DNA from: Chroococcidiopsis sp. CCMEE 29
GTDB taxonomy: Bacteria; Cyanobacteriota; Cyanobacteriia; Cyanobacteriales; Chroococcidiopsidaceae
Assembly: GCF_023558375.1 (NCBI RefSeq)
Contig: NZ_CP083762.1
Coordinates: 64,273 to 88,272 of the forward strand
DNA: 24,000 bases
Direction: 5' to 3'
A program made the translations under genes and the position numbers. Each line of letters opens with the position of its first letter. The first letter of the stretch is position 1. Of the stretch, positions 1-7,136 are shown piece after piece. The notes under the pieces were generated by a model. It saw nothing but the letters and a program-made list of their open reading frames with translations. It made no database searches and was not told where the DNA came from.

Positions 1-336
1 TCCCTCACTCTGACCAAACTTGCAGAAATACTGGTAGCGCTGCGGGATGCCCAATTGGTTGATGATGCCGATTTACTAGAGGCTTACCTGGAAGCAGTTG
101 ATGCCGATTGGCGTGCCAAAATTGCTGAAGAAATCGGAGTGGAGGACAATAGCACTCCAACAAGTCCTTGGGCAGTGCTAGGGCTTACCCCTGGAGCATC
201 CTTAGAGGAGGTGAAACAGGCATATCGCAAGATTATGCGTACCGTCCACCCTGATACATCAGGACCGCCGCAATGGTACGCCCAGACAGTTAATGACGCT
301 TATCGCCAACTCTTGGAGGAACTAACTGATGACTAA
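1..336 (+). CDS. J-domain (DnaJ-like) protein, 5'-partial
   Basis: Frame 1 is open from nt 1, so the TTG at 55 in the ORF track is probably internal. The C-terminal ~60 aa show J-domain helices with the HPD tripeptide (LGLTPGASLEEVKQAYRKIMRTVHPD ... NDAYRQL). Confidence 0.7.
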   Translation, partial: SLTLTKLAEILVALRDAQLVDDADLLEAYLEAVDADWRAKIAEEIGVEDNSTPTSPWAVLGLTPGASLEEVKQAYRKIMRTVHPDTSGPPQWYAQTVNDAYRQLLEELTDD

Positions 337-1081
337 GGAAAAAAAGAATCTGCCTGCTAAAAGTGCTCGCGCCTCTTTTTTGGACAAAGTACGTCAGAGT
401 CAAGCAATTTCTGCTACGCCCAAACAAGAAACCCTTGCTAAAGCCCTTGCCAATGAGTCACGCCCCCGATTGCTATTTGCAATGGACGCAACCGCCAGCC
501 GCGAAGCTTCTTGGGAGATCGCTAAGCAAATTACAGGCGCTATGTTCAAGGCTGTTCCAGGTGCATTGGATGTTGCCCTGGCTTATCACAGTGGCGGACG
601 GTTGCAGGAGGTAACGCCATTCTCGCCAGATGCCAAAGTGTTCCTGAACAAGGTACATCTAGTCAGCTGCTCTTCCGGCATGACCGCTCTGAATGAGCTG
701 CTGGACAAAGCTACACAGATCACCCGGCTCAAGGCACTAGTCTATATTGGCGACTGTTTTGAGGAAAATCCCGATGCGGCTGTGGAACTTGCCCAACAAC
801 TCAAACTCAAAGGGGTACGCTGTTTCATGTTTCACGACACCAGTTCCCAAAACCAAGGGTACGATACCGAGGCGGCACGTACAGTTTTCGAGCAAATCGC
901 TCAGATTACAGGCGGTGCACTACTGCCGTTTGACGAAACTTCCCCTCAGATGGTCAAAGCCCTTCTAGAAGCGATCTCTATCTATGCTGCCCAAGGTATC
1001 AAAGCTTTGGAGCAAAAGACTAAGTATCTCCCAGCCGCCCGTTTGCTACTAGAGCAGATGCAGCCGGGTAGGCAGAACTAG
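329..1081 (+). CDS. von Willebrand factor type A (VWA) domain protein
   Basis: 250-aa ORF. A hydrophobic strand is followed by a MIDAS-like DATAS (RLLFAMDATAS), then later SGMT and IGDCF motifs in alternating strand/helix order. Its ATG overlaps the upstream stop (ATGACTAA), suggesting translational coupling. Confidence 0.6.
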   Translation: MTKEKKNLPAKSARASFLDKVRQSQAISATPKQETLAKALANESRPRLLFAMDATASREASWEIAKQITGAMFKAVPGALDVALAYHSGGRLQEVTPFSPDAKVFLNKVHLVSCSSGMTALNELLDKATQITRLKALVYIGDCFEENPDAAVELAQQLKLKGVRCFMFHDTSSQNQGYDTEAARTVFEQIAQITGGALLPFDETSPQMVKALLEAISIYAAQGIKALEQKTKYLPAARLLLEQMQPGRQN

Positions 1082-1161
1082 GCAGATGGACAAGCTGAAG
1101 GGGCGAAAGGAAGAAGATTTCCACAAACCGTAAACCGTCCACGCACGCATGCATGAATTAG

Positions 1162-1178
1162 TTCATAAACGTTTATGG
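1162..1178. repeat. Palindromic motif TTCATAAACGTTTATGG (core CATAAACGTTTATG is a perfect 14-nt palindrome)
   Basis: Read directly. A second copy lies at 2149-2165 (one change). A third related copy at 4690-4702/7278-7284 is split by the IS insertion. Confidence 0.6.
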
Positions 1179-1235
1179 TTTTATTCATCTTGCCAGCCCA
1201 TGATTCATCAACTCTTCTACATCAGTTGTGTGCAA

Positions 1236-1295
1236 GGTTAAGCTGAGAGGCAACTGCACGCAATGAGCACAACGCAATCGCCTCTCTAGTTAGTT
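1236..1295 (-). repeat. Degenerate attC-like imperfect palindrome downstream of the AhpD-like ORF
   Basis: On the minus strand it reads AACTAAC-TAGAGAGGCGATTGCG...CGTGCAGTTGCCTCTCAG-CTTAACC. The inner arms pair (GAGAGGC/GCCTCTC). The outer right box is degenerate. It starts 16 nt after the stop codon. Confidence 0.3.
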
Positions 1296-1311
1296 GGAAT
1301 GCGATTTATCT

Positions 1312-1872
1312 TTATACTGTCAGCGCAGGCTTTGACCAAACGTAGGGTTGGAACGGTTTATCCAGTGGCGTTTTAGCAATGTGATTCGTGTAGTTGTGCA
1401 TGATTTTAATCGCAATCCCCAGAATAACTTCCAGCAGTTGCTGTTGGGTATAACCCACTGCTAAGAATTCCTCGATTTCACGCTCGTCAACCCAACCCCG
1501 CGCTTGAATCATTCGTTGGGTAAAATGACGCAACGCTTGTAATTTTCGGTCACTCAGCGCTGTACCGTTGCGAAGCGCTTGAATATCGTCAGCCGACATG
1601 CCAATCATCTTTGCCAACCCAGAATGGGCTGCCATGCAGTAATGACATTCGTGTTCATAATTCACTGTCAAGTAAATCACTTGCTGTTCGATTGGGCTGA
1701 AACTAGTGGTTTCAAATAAATCCCACAGTGCCATTGAGCCTTTGAGCAATGCAGGGGCTTGGGCAAAAATCCCTTCTAGATTCGGAATAAACCCAAATGT
1801 CTGTTTCGCATGAACTAATGCTGCTTTGGACTTTTCAGGGGCAGTATCGATGGTGTAAATGGGAAAGTCCAT
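1312..1872 (-). CDS. Carboxymuconolactone decarboxylase / AhpD-like family protein
   Basis: 186-aa ORF with the AhpD-core CxxC signature (EHECHYCMAAH) and typical length. Confidence 0.85.
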   Translation of the reverse strand: MDFPIYTIDTAPEKSKAALVHAKQTFGFIPNLEGIFAQAPALLKGSMALWDLFETTSFSPIEQQVIYLTVNYEHECHYCMAAHSGLAKMIGMSADDIQALRNGTALSDRKLQALRHFTQRMIQARGWVDEREIEEFLAVGYTQQQLLEVILGIAIKIMHNYTNHIAKTPLDKPFQPYVWSKPALTV

Positions 1873-1898
1873 TAGTGTTTGCCTCCAATTCGCTGGCA

Positions 1899-1960
1899 GG
1901 TAGACAGAGTTGTCTACCTAAATCAGGTGTTATTGTAGGGCAAAGGAGACAATCTTGTCT
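1899..1960. promoter_or_regulatory. Two AGACA-N4-TGTCT palindromes (putative operator pair) upstream of the AhpD-like gene
   Basis: GGTAGACAGAGTTGTCTACC (1899-1918) and AGACAATCTTGTCT (1947-1960). Both have the same half-sites and spacing, with centres 45 bp apart, 27-88 nt upstream of the start at 1872. Confidence 0.4.
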
Positions 1961-2148
1961 ACTTATCAACCTATCTATGGTCGCCTCATCCAGTCACGCT
2001 CGACAGTAAATTCTCGAAATCGCGTTTGAACTCTTCTATCACAAGGGCATTCAATTGCAGGCATGAACTTGGGATTCGGGATCGCGGTCAAGTAACACCA
2101 TTCAAAGAGAGGGGCAGAGTTTTCCCCTTCTCCTTGCAATGTTCATAA

Positions 2149-2165
2149 TTCATAAATGTTTATGG
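2149..2165. repeat. Second copy of the TTCATAAAYGTTTATGG motif
   Basis: TTCATAAATGTTTATGG is 16/17 identical to 1162-1178 and is preceded by a partial tandem GTTCATAA. The two copies flank the AhpD-like gene. Confidence 0.6.
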
Positions 2166-2269
2166 GTGGTGTTCTAGATATGTTGGTCAGCCTTGTAAAC
2201 CAATTGACCTGACTAAACCTAAAAATCACTAACAACAGATTTGCAACACTACCCTCACGCTTAATCTCC

Positions 2270-2356
2270 GCCTAACAGTTGAACTCACCCGTCACTGGAG
2301 GCTTTGGGTGGATACCAGCAGCTCAGCGCGGGGTCGGGTGCAGTAATTTGTTATGT
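2270..2356 (-). repeat. attC-like recombination-site candidate (A) after the GFA ORF
   Basis: The minus strand reads ACATAAC-aaattactGCACCCGACCCCGCG...CGGGTGagttcaact-GTTAGGC. The right box fits GTTRRRY, and the inner arms pair with unpaired extra bases. The left box contains the GFA stop codon. Confidence 0.45.
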
Positions 2357-2770
2357 GCCTTCAGTATTTTCACCTAGCGCAAATTTGGCGAATATTTCTG
2401 CTTCTGTCATATTCAAGGTTTGATTAACAAATTCATAGTAACTAGGTTTCATGTCTATAAAGATTTGCTCCTTGAACTCAAACTCAATTCCATTCTGAAA
2501 AAGACCGGCTGGAACAAAATATTCTTTGGTGGGCAATAATCTGTAGAAAATATGCGTACCGCATTCACCACAAAAAGCTCTTTCAGCCCATTCTGAGGAC
2601 TTATACACTTTTAGTTTATCAACGCCGTCTATCTGCACATCTGACCCGCAAGCTACACCTAATGCTGGTCCGCCTCCCCATCGCCGACACATTCCGCAAT
2701 GACAGGCATCTATGCTGTTTTTGTCTGGTGTTCTGACTGTTATTGCACCACAAAGACACTTACCATCCAT
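2351..2770 (-). CDS. GFA (glutathione-dependent formaldehyde-activating / CENP-V-like) family protein
   Basis: 139 aa with the characteristic Cys clusters CLCGAI, CHCGMCRRWGGGP and CGECGTHIF. Confidence 0.85.
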   Translation of the reverse strand: MDGKCLCGAITVRTPDKNSIDACHCGMCRRWGGGPALGVACGSDVQIDGVDKLKVYKSSEWAERAFCGECGTHIFYRLLPTKEYFVPAGLFQNGIEFEFKEQIFIDMKPSYYEFVNQTLNMTEAEIFAKFALGENTEGT

Positions 2771-2812
2771 TCCTTTTTCCTCTATTTTCAGTAATTACTG
2801 TCTGATTCTGGT

Positions 2813-2898
2813 ACATAACGGCAAAATGCAGCGGCGGTAGACAACTTTTGCAACTCCACAAGTGGCTTTCATCGGTCCGCTGCCGTAAAGTGTTATGC
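2813..2898 (-). repeat. attC-like recombination-site candidate (B) after the GNAT ORF
   Basis: The minus strand reads GCATAAC-actttacGGCAGCGGaccg...ccGCCGCTGCattttgcc-GTTATGT. The outer boxes are mutually complementary. It starts 14 nt after the GNAT stop and ends 43 nt before the GFA ATG. Confidence 0.4.
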
Positions 2899-2912
2899 GG
2901 CGCATACAGCAA

Positions 2913-3338
2913 TTAATGTAACTCCTTCTTCAGAAAATAGCGCCTATAACCCTGGGGAAAGTTTGGTAACTCACCGAAAACAGCATATCCACGTTTTTGG
3001 TAAAACTCTGGAGCTTGAAAACTAAATGTATCCAAATATGCGTATTGACAACCGCGCTTCACAGCTTCCTGTTCCGCAGCAGCTAGAAGAGCATCTCCGT
3101 AACCTTCTCCGCGAAACGATTCATGCACGCACAACACATCAACATACAACCACTGCCAATAGGTTTCTCCAATCAACCCACCCACTACATGATTATCCGA
3201 ATCTCGCAAAAAGATCACTAAAGGTTTGTAATTACCCTCACCAGCGCGGCTGCTATTGAATTTTATAATCTGCTGAGTGACAAATTCAATTTCATCAGGT
3301 TGTGGTTCTACAGCTATCTCAATTCTTGGCTGCTTCAT
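2913..3338 (-). CDS. GNAT family N-acetyltransferase
   Basis: 141 aa. Acetyl-CoA binding motif A region (VHESFRGEGYGDALLAAAEQEAVKRGC) and a C-terminal FYQKRGY motif. Confidence 0.85.
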   Translation of the reverse strand: MKQPRIEIAVEPQPDEIEFVTQQIIKFNSSRAGEGNYKPLVIFLRDSDNHVVGGLIGETYWQWLYVDVLCVHESFRGEGYGDALLAAAEQEAVKRGCQYAYLDTFSFQAPEFYQKRGYAVFGELPNFPQGYRRYFLKKELH

Positions 3339-3433
3339 CGCGATTTACTCTGCTATCCAGCAAAAACTCAGCTTCATTTTAGAACCAGTACGATAGCTTC
3401 TAACTTTGCAACAATGCTCTGCCAACGAGCTTA

Positions 3434-3517
3434 AACTAACTTAACCTTAGAATTCGGCAGATGAGCTTTAAATACCGTCGCCACAGGTAACTCAAGCCGC
3501 ATAATAAATAGTTAGCC
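3434..3517. repeat. Central attC-like palindrome (C) between divergent cassettes
   Basis: AACTAAC ... GTTAGCC on the plus strand reads GGCTAAC ... GTTAGTT on the minus strand. Inner pairing is weak. GNAT leaves leftward and the hydrolase rightward from this site. Confidence 0.3.
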
Positions 3518-3536
3518 GCTGCCAACAGGGGAGGTT

Positions 3537-4433
3537 ATGTACCGAAAGCACATCCATACGACACGTTTGGAAATCGCCTATTTGGAAGACGGCCCCGAAG
3601 ACGGCGCACCCGTACTCCTTCTACACGGCTTCCCGGACGACGCGACCGGCTGGCGGGATGTCATGGCAGGTCTGGCGGCGCAGGGCTACCGTGCGCTGGC
3701 ACCATACATCCGTGGTTGCGGCCTGACCCGGTTCCTGCGGACCGATACGCCGCGAGCCGGGGACTTCGCGGCGCTTGGCCAAGACGCCGTGGATTTCGTG
3801 GACGCGCTGGCCCTCAACAACTTAATCGTGGTCGGCCAGGATTGGGGCTCGCCGACCGCCGAGGTCGTCGCGATGCAACGTCCCGACCGTGTCCGGAGGC
3901 TGGTGAAGCTGAATTGGTACGGCGTCTACTCGATGGCGGAGATGGCGCGGGCGCGGGAGTTTTCCTACCCGCAGCTGCGCGCCCTGTGGTACGTCTGGAT
4001 GTTCAACACGCCTTTGGGCGAGATGACCCTCAGAAACGACCGCGCCGGGCTGGCTAGGGCGCTGTGGACCGAGTGGTCGCCCACCTGGGATGCCGCGGCG
4101 CGGGAAGCGGCGCTCGGTGCCGTCGCCGGCTCATTCGACGGGGAGGACTGGGTGAGGGTCGCCCTTTCGGCGTACCGTGTGGGCATCACGGATGCGGAGA
4201 TGGACCGCGCCGACGATGCCCTACGTGAGAGGCTGAAGGAACCGCCGCCCTGCGCGTGCGAGGCCGTTATCCTGAACGGTGCTGACGATGGTGTGGAACG
4301 AACCCCGCTTGAAGAGACGGCGCTCGCGCGCTACTTCCCCGCCGGGGCGCGGGTCGAGACGCTTGATGGTGTCGGGCACTTCCCCCAGCGAGAATTACCC
4401 GTTGCGGTGATTCGCTTTATCCTCGGCCAGTAG
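3537..4433 (+). CDS. Alpha/beta hydrolase fold protein (epoxide hydrolase / haloalkane dehalogenase-like)
   Basis: 298 aa with HGFPD (oxyanion region) and the nucleophile-elbow-like GQDWGS. It is conspicuously GC-rich compared with all neighbours. Confidence 0.85.
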   Translation: MYRKHIHTTRLEIAYLEDGPEDGAPVLLLHGFPDDATGWRDVMAGLAAQGYRALAPYIRGCGLTRFLRTDTPRAGDFAALGQDAVDFVDALALNNLIVVGQDWGSPTAEVVAMQRPDRVRRLVKLNWYGVYSMAEMARAREFSYPQLRALWYVWMFNTPLGEMTLRNDRAGLARALWTEWSPTWDAAAREAALGAVAGSFDGEDWVRVALSAYRVGITDAEMDRADDALRERLKEPPPCACEAVILNGADDGVERTPLEETALARYFPAGARVETLDGVGHFPQRELPVAVIRFILGQ

Positions 4434-4445
4434 CCACCCAGTCGC

Positions 4446-4547
4446 GGCTAACAACGGCACGCACCCGACCGCGGATAGCGTTGCCTTCATCCGCGAGACT
4501 TGTCGCTGGCAAAAGTTCGTCGCGGCGGGTGATGCCTGGCGTTAGGC
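4446..4547 (+). repeat. attC-like recombination-site candidate (D) after the hydrolase ORF
   Basis: GGCTAAC-aacggcacGCACCCGACCGCGG...CGCGGCGGGTGatgcctggc-GTTAGGC. The arms pair with bulged bases. It shares GCACCCGACC..CGGGTG and the GTTAGGC box with site A. It starts 12 nt after the stop. Confidence 0.5.
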
Positions 4548-4708
4548 GGAGATTAAGCGTGGGATATGGTTTTACCTAAAGCTTGCCCCATGTTGAGAAC
4601 ACACAACCTTCCATGAGTCAACTCCTCATACCCCTACCAACAGGTTTTGACCGCACCCGCAAGCTCCAACGCCGGCAGTCAGCAGAAAACAATAGACGTT
4701 TATAGGAC

Positions 4709-5668
4709 TTACGCATTGACAAAAGACTGATTATGTAAATTCACTTCAAGTTTCTGCTGGAGGTGTTCTAGAATGAATTCCCTTGCCACCTGTAGGTACA
4801 AATTCTTTTGTAATTCGTACCAGTTTTCAATTAGTTCTTCAGCTCGCATTAACTCTAACTTAGTAAAGGCTCGGATTGAACAAAAAATGTGAGTTTTAAT
4901 AGCCTCACTTGTTCTGACCATAAACCGCGAAACTCCACACAGTTGTTTCAAGGCTCGGTGATAGCATTCAATTCCCCAATGGATTGAGTGCGACTCATTG
5001 AATTCCTGTCGGCTAACTTGTTCGGTAGCATCTGAATTAGGTAGGTATGTAATGTAGTATCTCTCGGCTTCGTTTTTGAATATCCTCCGAAATACTTTGA
5101 CGCGCCCAAAGTTTTTCAGATGTATTACCAAACCTTGGTCAGGAATTTCCAAATTTTGTACCTGGGTGTAATTTTTACCATCAGTTGAGACTTTTCGATT
5201 TTTGGCAATACCCATGAGAAATCCTACTTCCCGGTTTTTCAAGAATTTCAGATTTTCAAGGGCTGAATACCAAGCATCACCAGTTACCGTTTCTGGCTGC
5301 AAGCCCCAAGCCAAAACCTCCGTAATCATTACTCGAAAGTAATCGTTTTTTGTCAAACCCTCCCGCTTATCGTAGATCCGATAATTAACTGGGATAGACT
5401 TAGCTGATGCGTCGGTGTAATACAGGGTAATGAGGTGAAGCCCTTTAACAATTCGATGATGTTTTCCTGACCAAAAGTATCCAATTAGTTCAGCTAAATT
5501 TGGCTCACTATAAGGTTTATCAATAACGGTATCGTCACAGCTTAAAGTGCCGCCCACCAATTGAATGTGTGGTTTTATCTCTTCAAACAAGTCTTTAGGT
5601 TGATATCTTTCCCTTAACAAGAAGCGATTGACGCTGTCGTGTGAGACGTGCTTAAGAATTTCTGACAA
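4709..5668 (-). CDS. DDE transposase, IS4/IS701-superfamily (family tentative)
   Basis: 319 aa in the ORF track from an internal TTG. The frame stays open to 5803 (adding ...STIREITKPSTAKCNLDTYTLFLLAEPKYAGCNRL) with no ATG/GTG/TTG in that stretch. DDE-like landmarks: CDDTVIDKPY, GDAWY, HWGIECYHRALKQ. The stop lies inside the IR. Confidence 0.75.
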   Translation of the reverse strand: MSEILKHVSHDSVNRFLLRERYQPKDLFEEIKPHIQLVGGTLSCDDTVIDKPYSEPNLAELIGYFWSGKHHRIVKGLHLITLYYTDASAKSIPVNYRIYDKREGLTKNDYFRVMITEVLAWGLQPETVTGDAWYSALENLKFLKNREVGFLMGIAKNRKVSTDGKNYTQVQNLEIPDQGLVIHLKNFGRVKVFRRIFKNEAERYYITYLPNSDATEQVSRQEFNESHSIHWGIECYHRALKQLCGVSRFMVRTSEAIKTHIFCSIRAFTKLELMRAEELIENWYELQKNLYLQVAREFILEHLQQKLEVNLHNQSFVNA

Positions 5669-5966
5669 GCGGTTGCAGCCTGCGTACTTAGGTTCAGCTA
5701 ACAGGAATAAGGTATAAGTGTCGAGGTTGCATTTGGCTGTAGATGGTTTTGTAATCTCTCTGATGGTCGAATATCCCTGGGAAGTAAAACTATTTGCTGA
5801 AAGTTAAAGGGTGCAGTCAGTAGATAATATCTCTAATCAACTATTTCCATATCTATCAACTCCACTCCATCTCGAACTACCTAAGCACAAAAAGCGATCT
5901 TGAATGTTTTATGGCAAGGATGTATGCACGGAGTGCACCTGTCTGTTCAACTGACTTAACTCACTC

Positions 5967-6584
5967 TTAGGCTTGTTGTAATTCTCTCCAAGACTGAGAA
6001 ACAACTTTAGAAGCTGATTTGACAAAGACTACGGTGAGCAGAAGTCCGACAACTAAATCGGGTAGCAAAGAGTTTGTCAGAAATACGAAAAAAGCAGCTC
6101 CCAGAACAGAAGTGTTAGCAATGATATCATTGCGAGAACAAAGCCATACCGAGGACATATTAATATTGTCGTTTCTGTGTCTAGTCAATAAGAATAGACA
6201 CAGCAAGTTGGCAAACAAGGCTATTAACCCTACCGCACTCATTGCCCTCACCTCTGGCATTGTCTGAGCAAATAGCTGATAGCTGGCTCTGGCGAAGACA
6301 GCCACAGCTGACAAAAACATAATGCTCCCCTTGAGCAGTGCCGACCTTGCTTGAGCCTTCCTCCCTTGGTTGATGACTAAAAGACTACTACCATAAACCA
6401 ACGCATCCCCTAGCATATCGAGCGAATCTCCCGTCAGCGAAAGTGATGCAGACCTAATACCAGCTCCTAATTCCACCACAAACATTACGGCATTGATGAG
6501 CAGAACGGTCCACAAAACTCTACTCTGCTGTTTTCTGAGTTTGGACACTTCGCCAGCCTTCTTGTGGCAGCAATCATCACTCAT
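5967..6584 (-). CDS. Cation diffusion facilitator (CDF) family metal transporter, short form
   Basis: 205 aa. Cys/His-rich N-terminus (MSDDCCHKK), multiple hydrophobic helices and the CDF signature-like SLTGDSLDMLGDA. It lacks a long cytoplasmic C-terminal domain. Confidence 0.75.
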   Translation of the reverse strand: MSDDCCHKKAGEVSKLRKQQSRVLWTVLLINAVMFVVELGAGIRSASLSLTGDSLDMLGDALVYGSSLLVINQGRKAQARSALLKGSIMFLSAVAVFARASYQLFAQTMPEVRAMSAVGLIALFANLLCLFLLTRHRNDNINMSSVWLCSRNDIIANTSVLGAAFFVFLTNSLLPDLVVGLLLTVVFVKSASKVVSQSWRELQQA

Positions 6585-6713
6585 GGTTCACCTCCCAGCT
6601 ATGACGCTTAGAAGACAATTGTTCAAACATTCAAAACAATATTAGAATGATTGTCCCCGAAAAACTCAAACATTCAAAAAAAGTTAGAATCTTAACCACT
6701 TACAATCGAATGG

Positions 6714-7136
6714 CTAGCCTGCTATTTGCCCGAGTGCATAATAGAGAACTTCTACAATACGTTGGTCTTTTAGTGAGTAGTAGGCAAGTTTGCCATCATT
6801 TCTGTACTTGAGTATCTTGAGGTCTCGCAGTTTTCGCAGATGGTGGGAGGCAACTGCTACCTTAACCCCAAGCATTGATGCTACGTCACAGACGCAAAGC
6901 TCTTGATTATTACTGAGGGCATAGAGGATTTTTAGTCGTGACTTGTCTGCTAGAGCACTGAAGAGTATTTGAGCTTCTTCCAGAACCTCGTCCCCAGGCA
7001 TTGCTTCACAGACTTGGGTTACCAAGTCTATATTAAAACACCGCACCTGACAGACATCGTCTGGTTTTGGTTTTGTCACAAAATTTCTACAGCACCAGCG
7101 CTCAGGACAACACCTCCAGTTTAGCGGTTTTTGCAA
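6714..7136 (-). CDS. ArsR/SmtB family metal-responsive transcriptional repressor
   Basis: Winged-helix core with the ELCVCD metal-site motif and SHHLRKLRD recognition helix. Cys-rich N-terminal extension (CCPERWCC, VCQVRC). The start is uncertain: TTG 7136, an internal GTG, or ATG at MPGDE. Confidence 0.8.
   Translation of the reverse strand: MQKPLNWRCCPERWCCRNFVTKPKPDDVCQVRCFNIDLVTQVCEAMPGDEVLEEAQILFSALADKSRLKILYALSNNQELCVCDVASMLGVKVAVASHHLRKLRDLKILKYRNDGKLAYYSLKDQRIVEVLYYALGQIAG

Noticed and set aside
363-968. Alternative-frame and antisense ORFs inside the VWA gene (363-614, 473-658, 747-968).
   Set aside because: They lie entirely within a longer ORF with recognisable domain motifs, and their translations are low-complexity with no motifs.
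1244-1286. GAGAGGC...GCCTCTC hairpin between convergent genes, considered as a Rho-independent terminator.
   Set aside because: It has a 28-nt loop and no downstream T-tract. It is reinterpreted, with low confidence, as the inner arms of a degenerate attC-like site.
3716-4189. 113-aa (plus strand) and 74-aa (minus strand) ORFs inside the hydrolase gene.
   Set aside because: These are typical spurious open frames of GC-rich DNA (Arg/Pro/Gly-rich). The hydrolase frame carries the real motifs.
5944-5966. Degenerate internal inverted-repeat candidate (TGTTCAACTGACTTAACTCACTCTTAG) that would make a 1.26-kb cargo-free ancestral IS.
   Set aside because: It aligns to the true IR only with ~6 gaps. 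This is not distinguishable from chance by eye.
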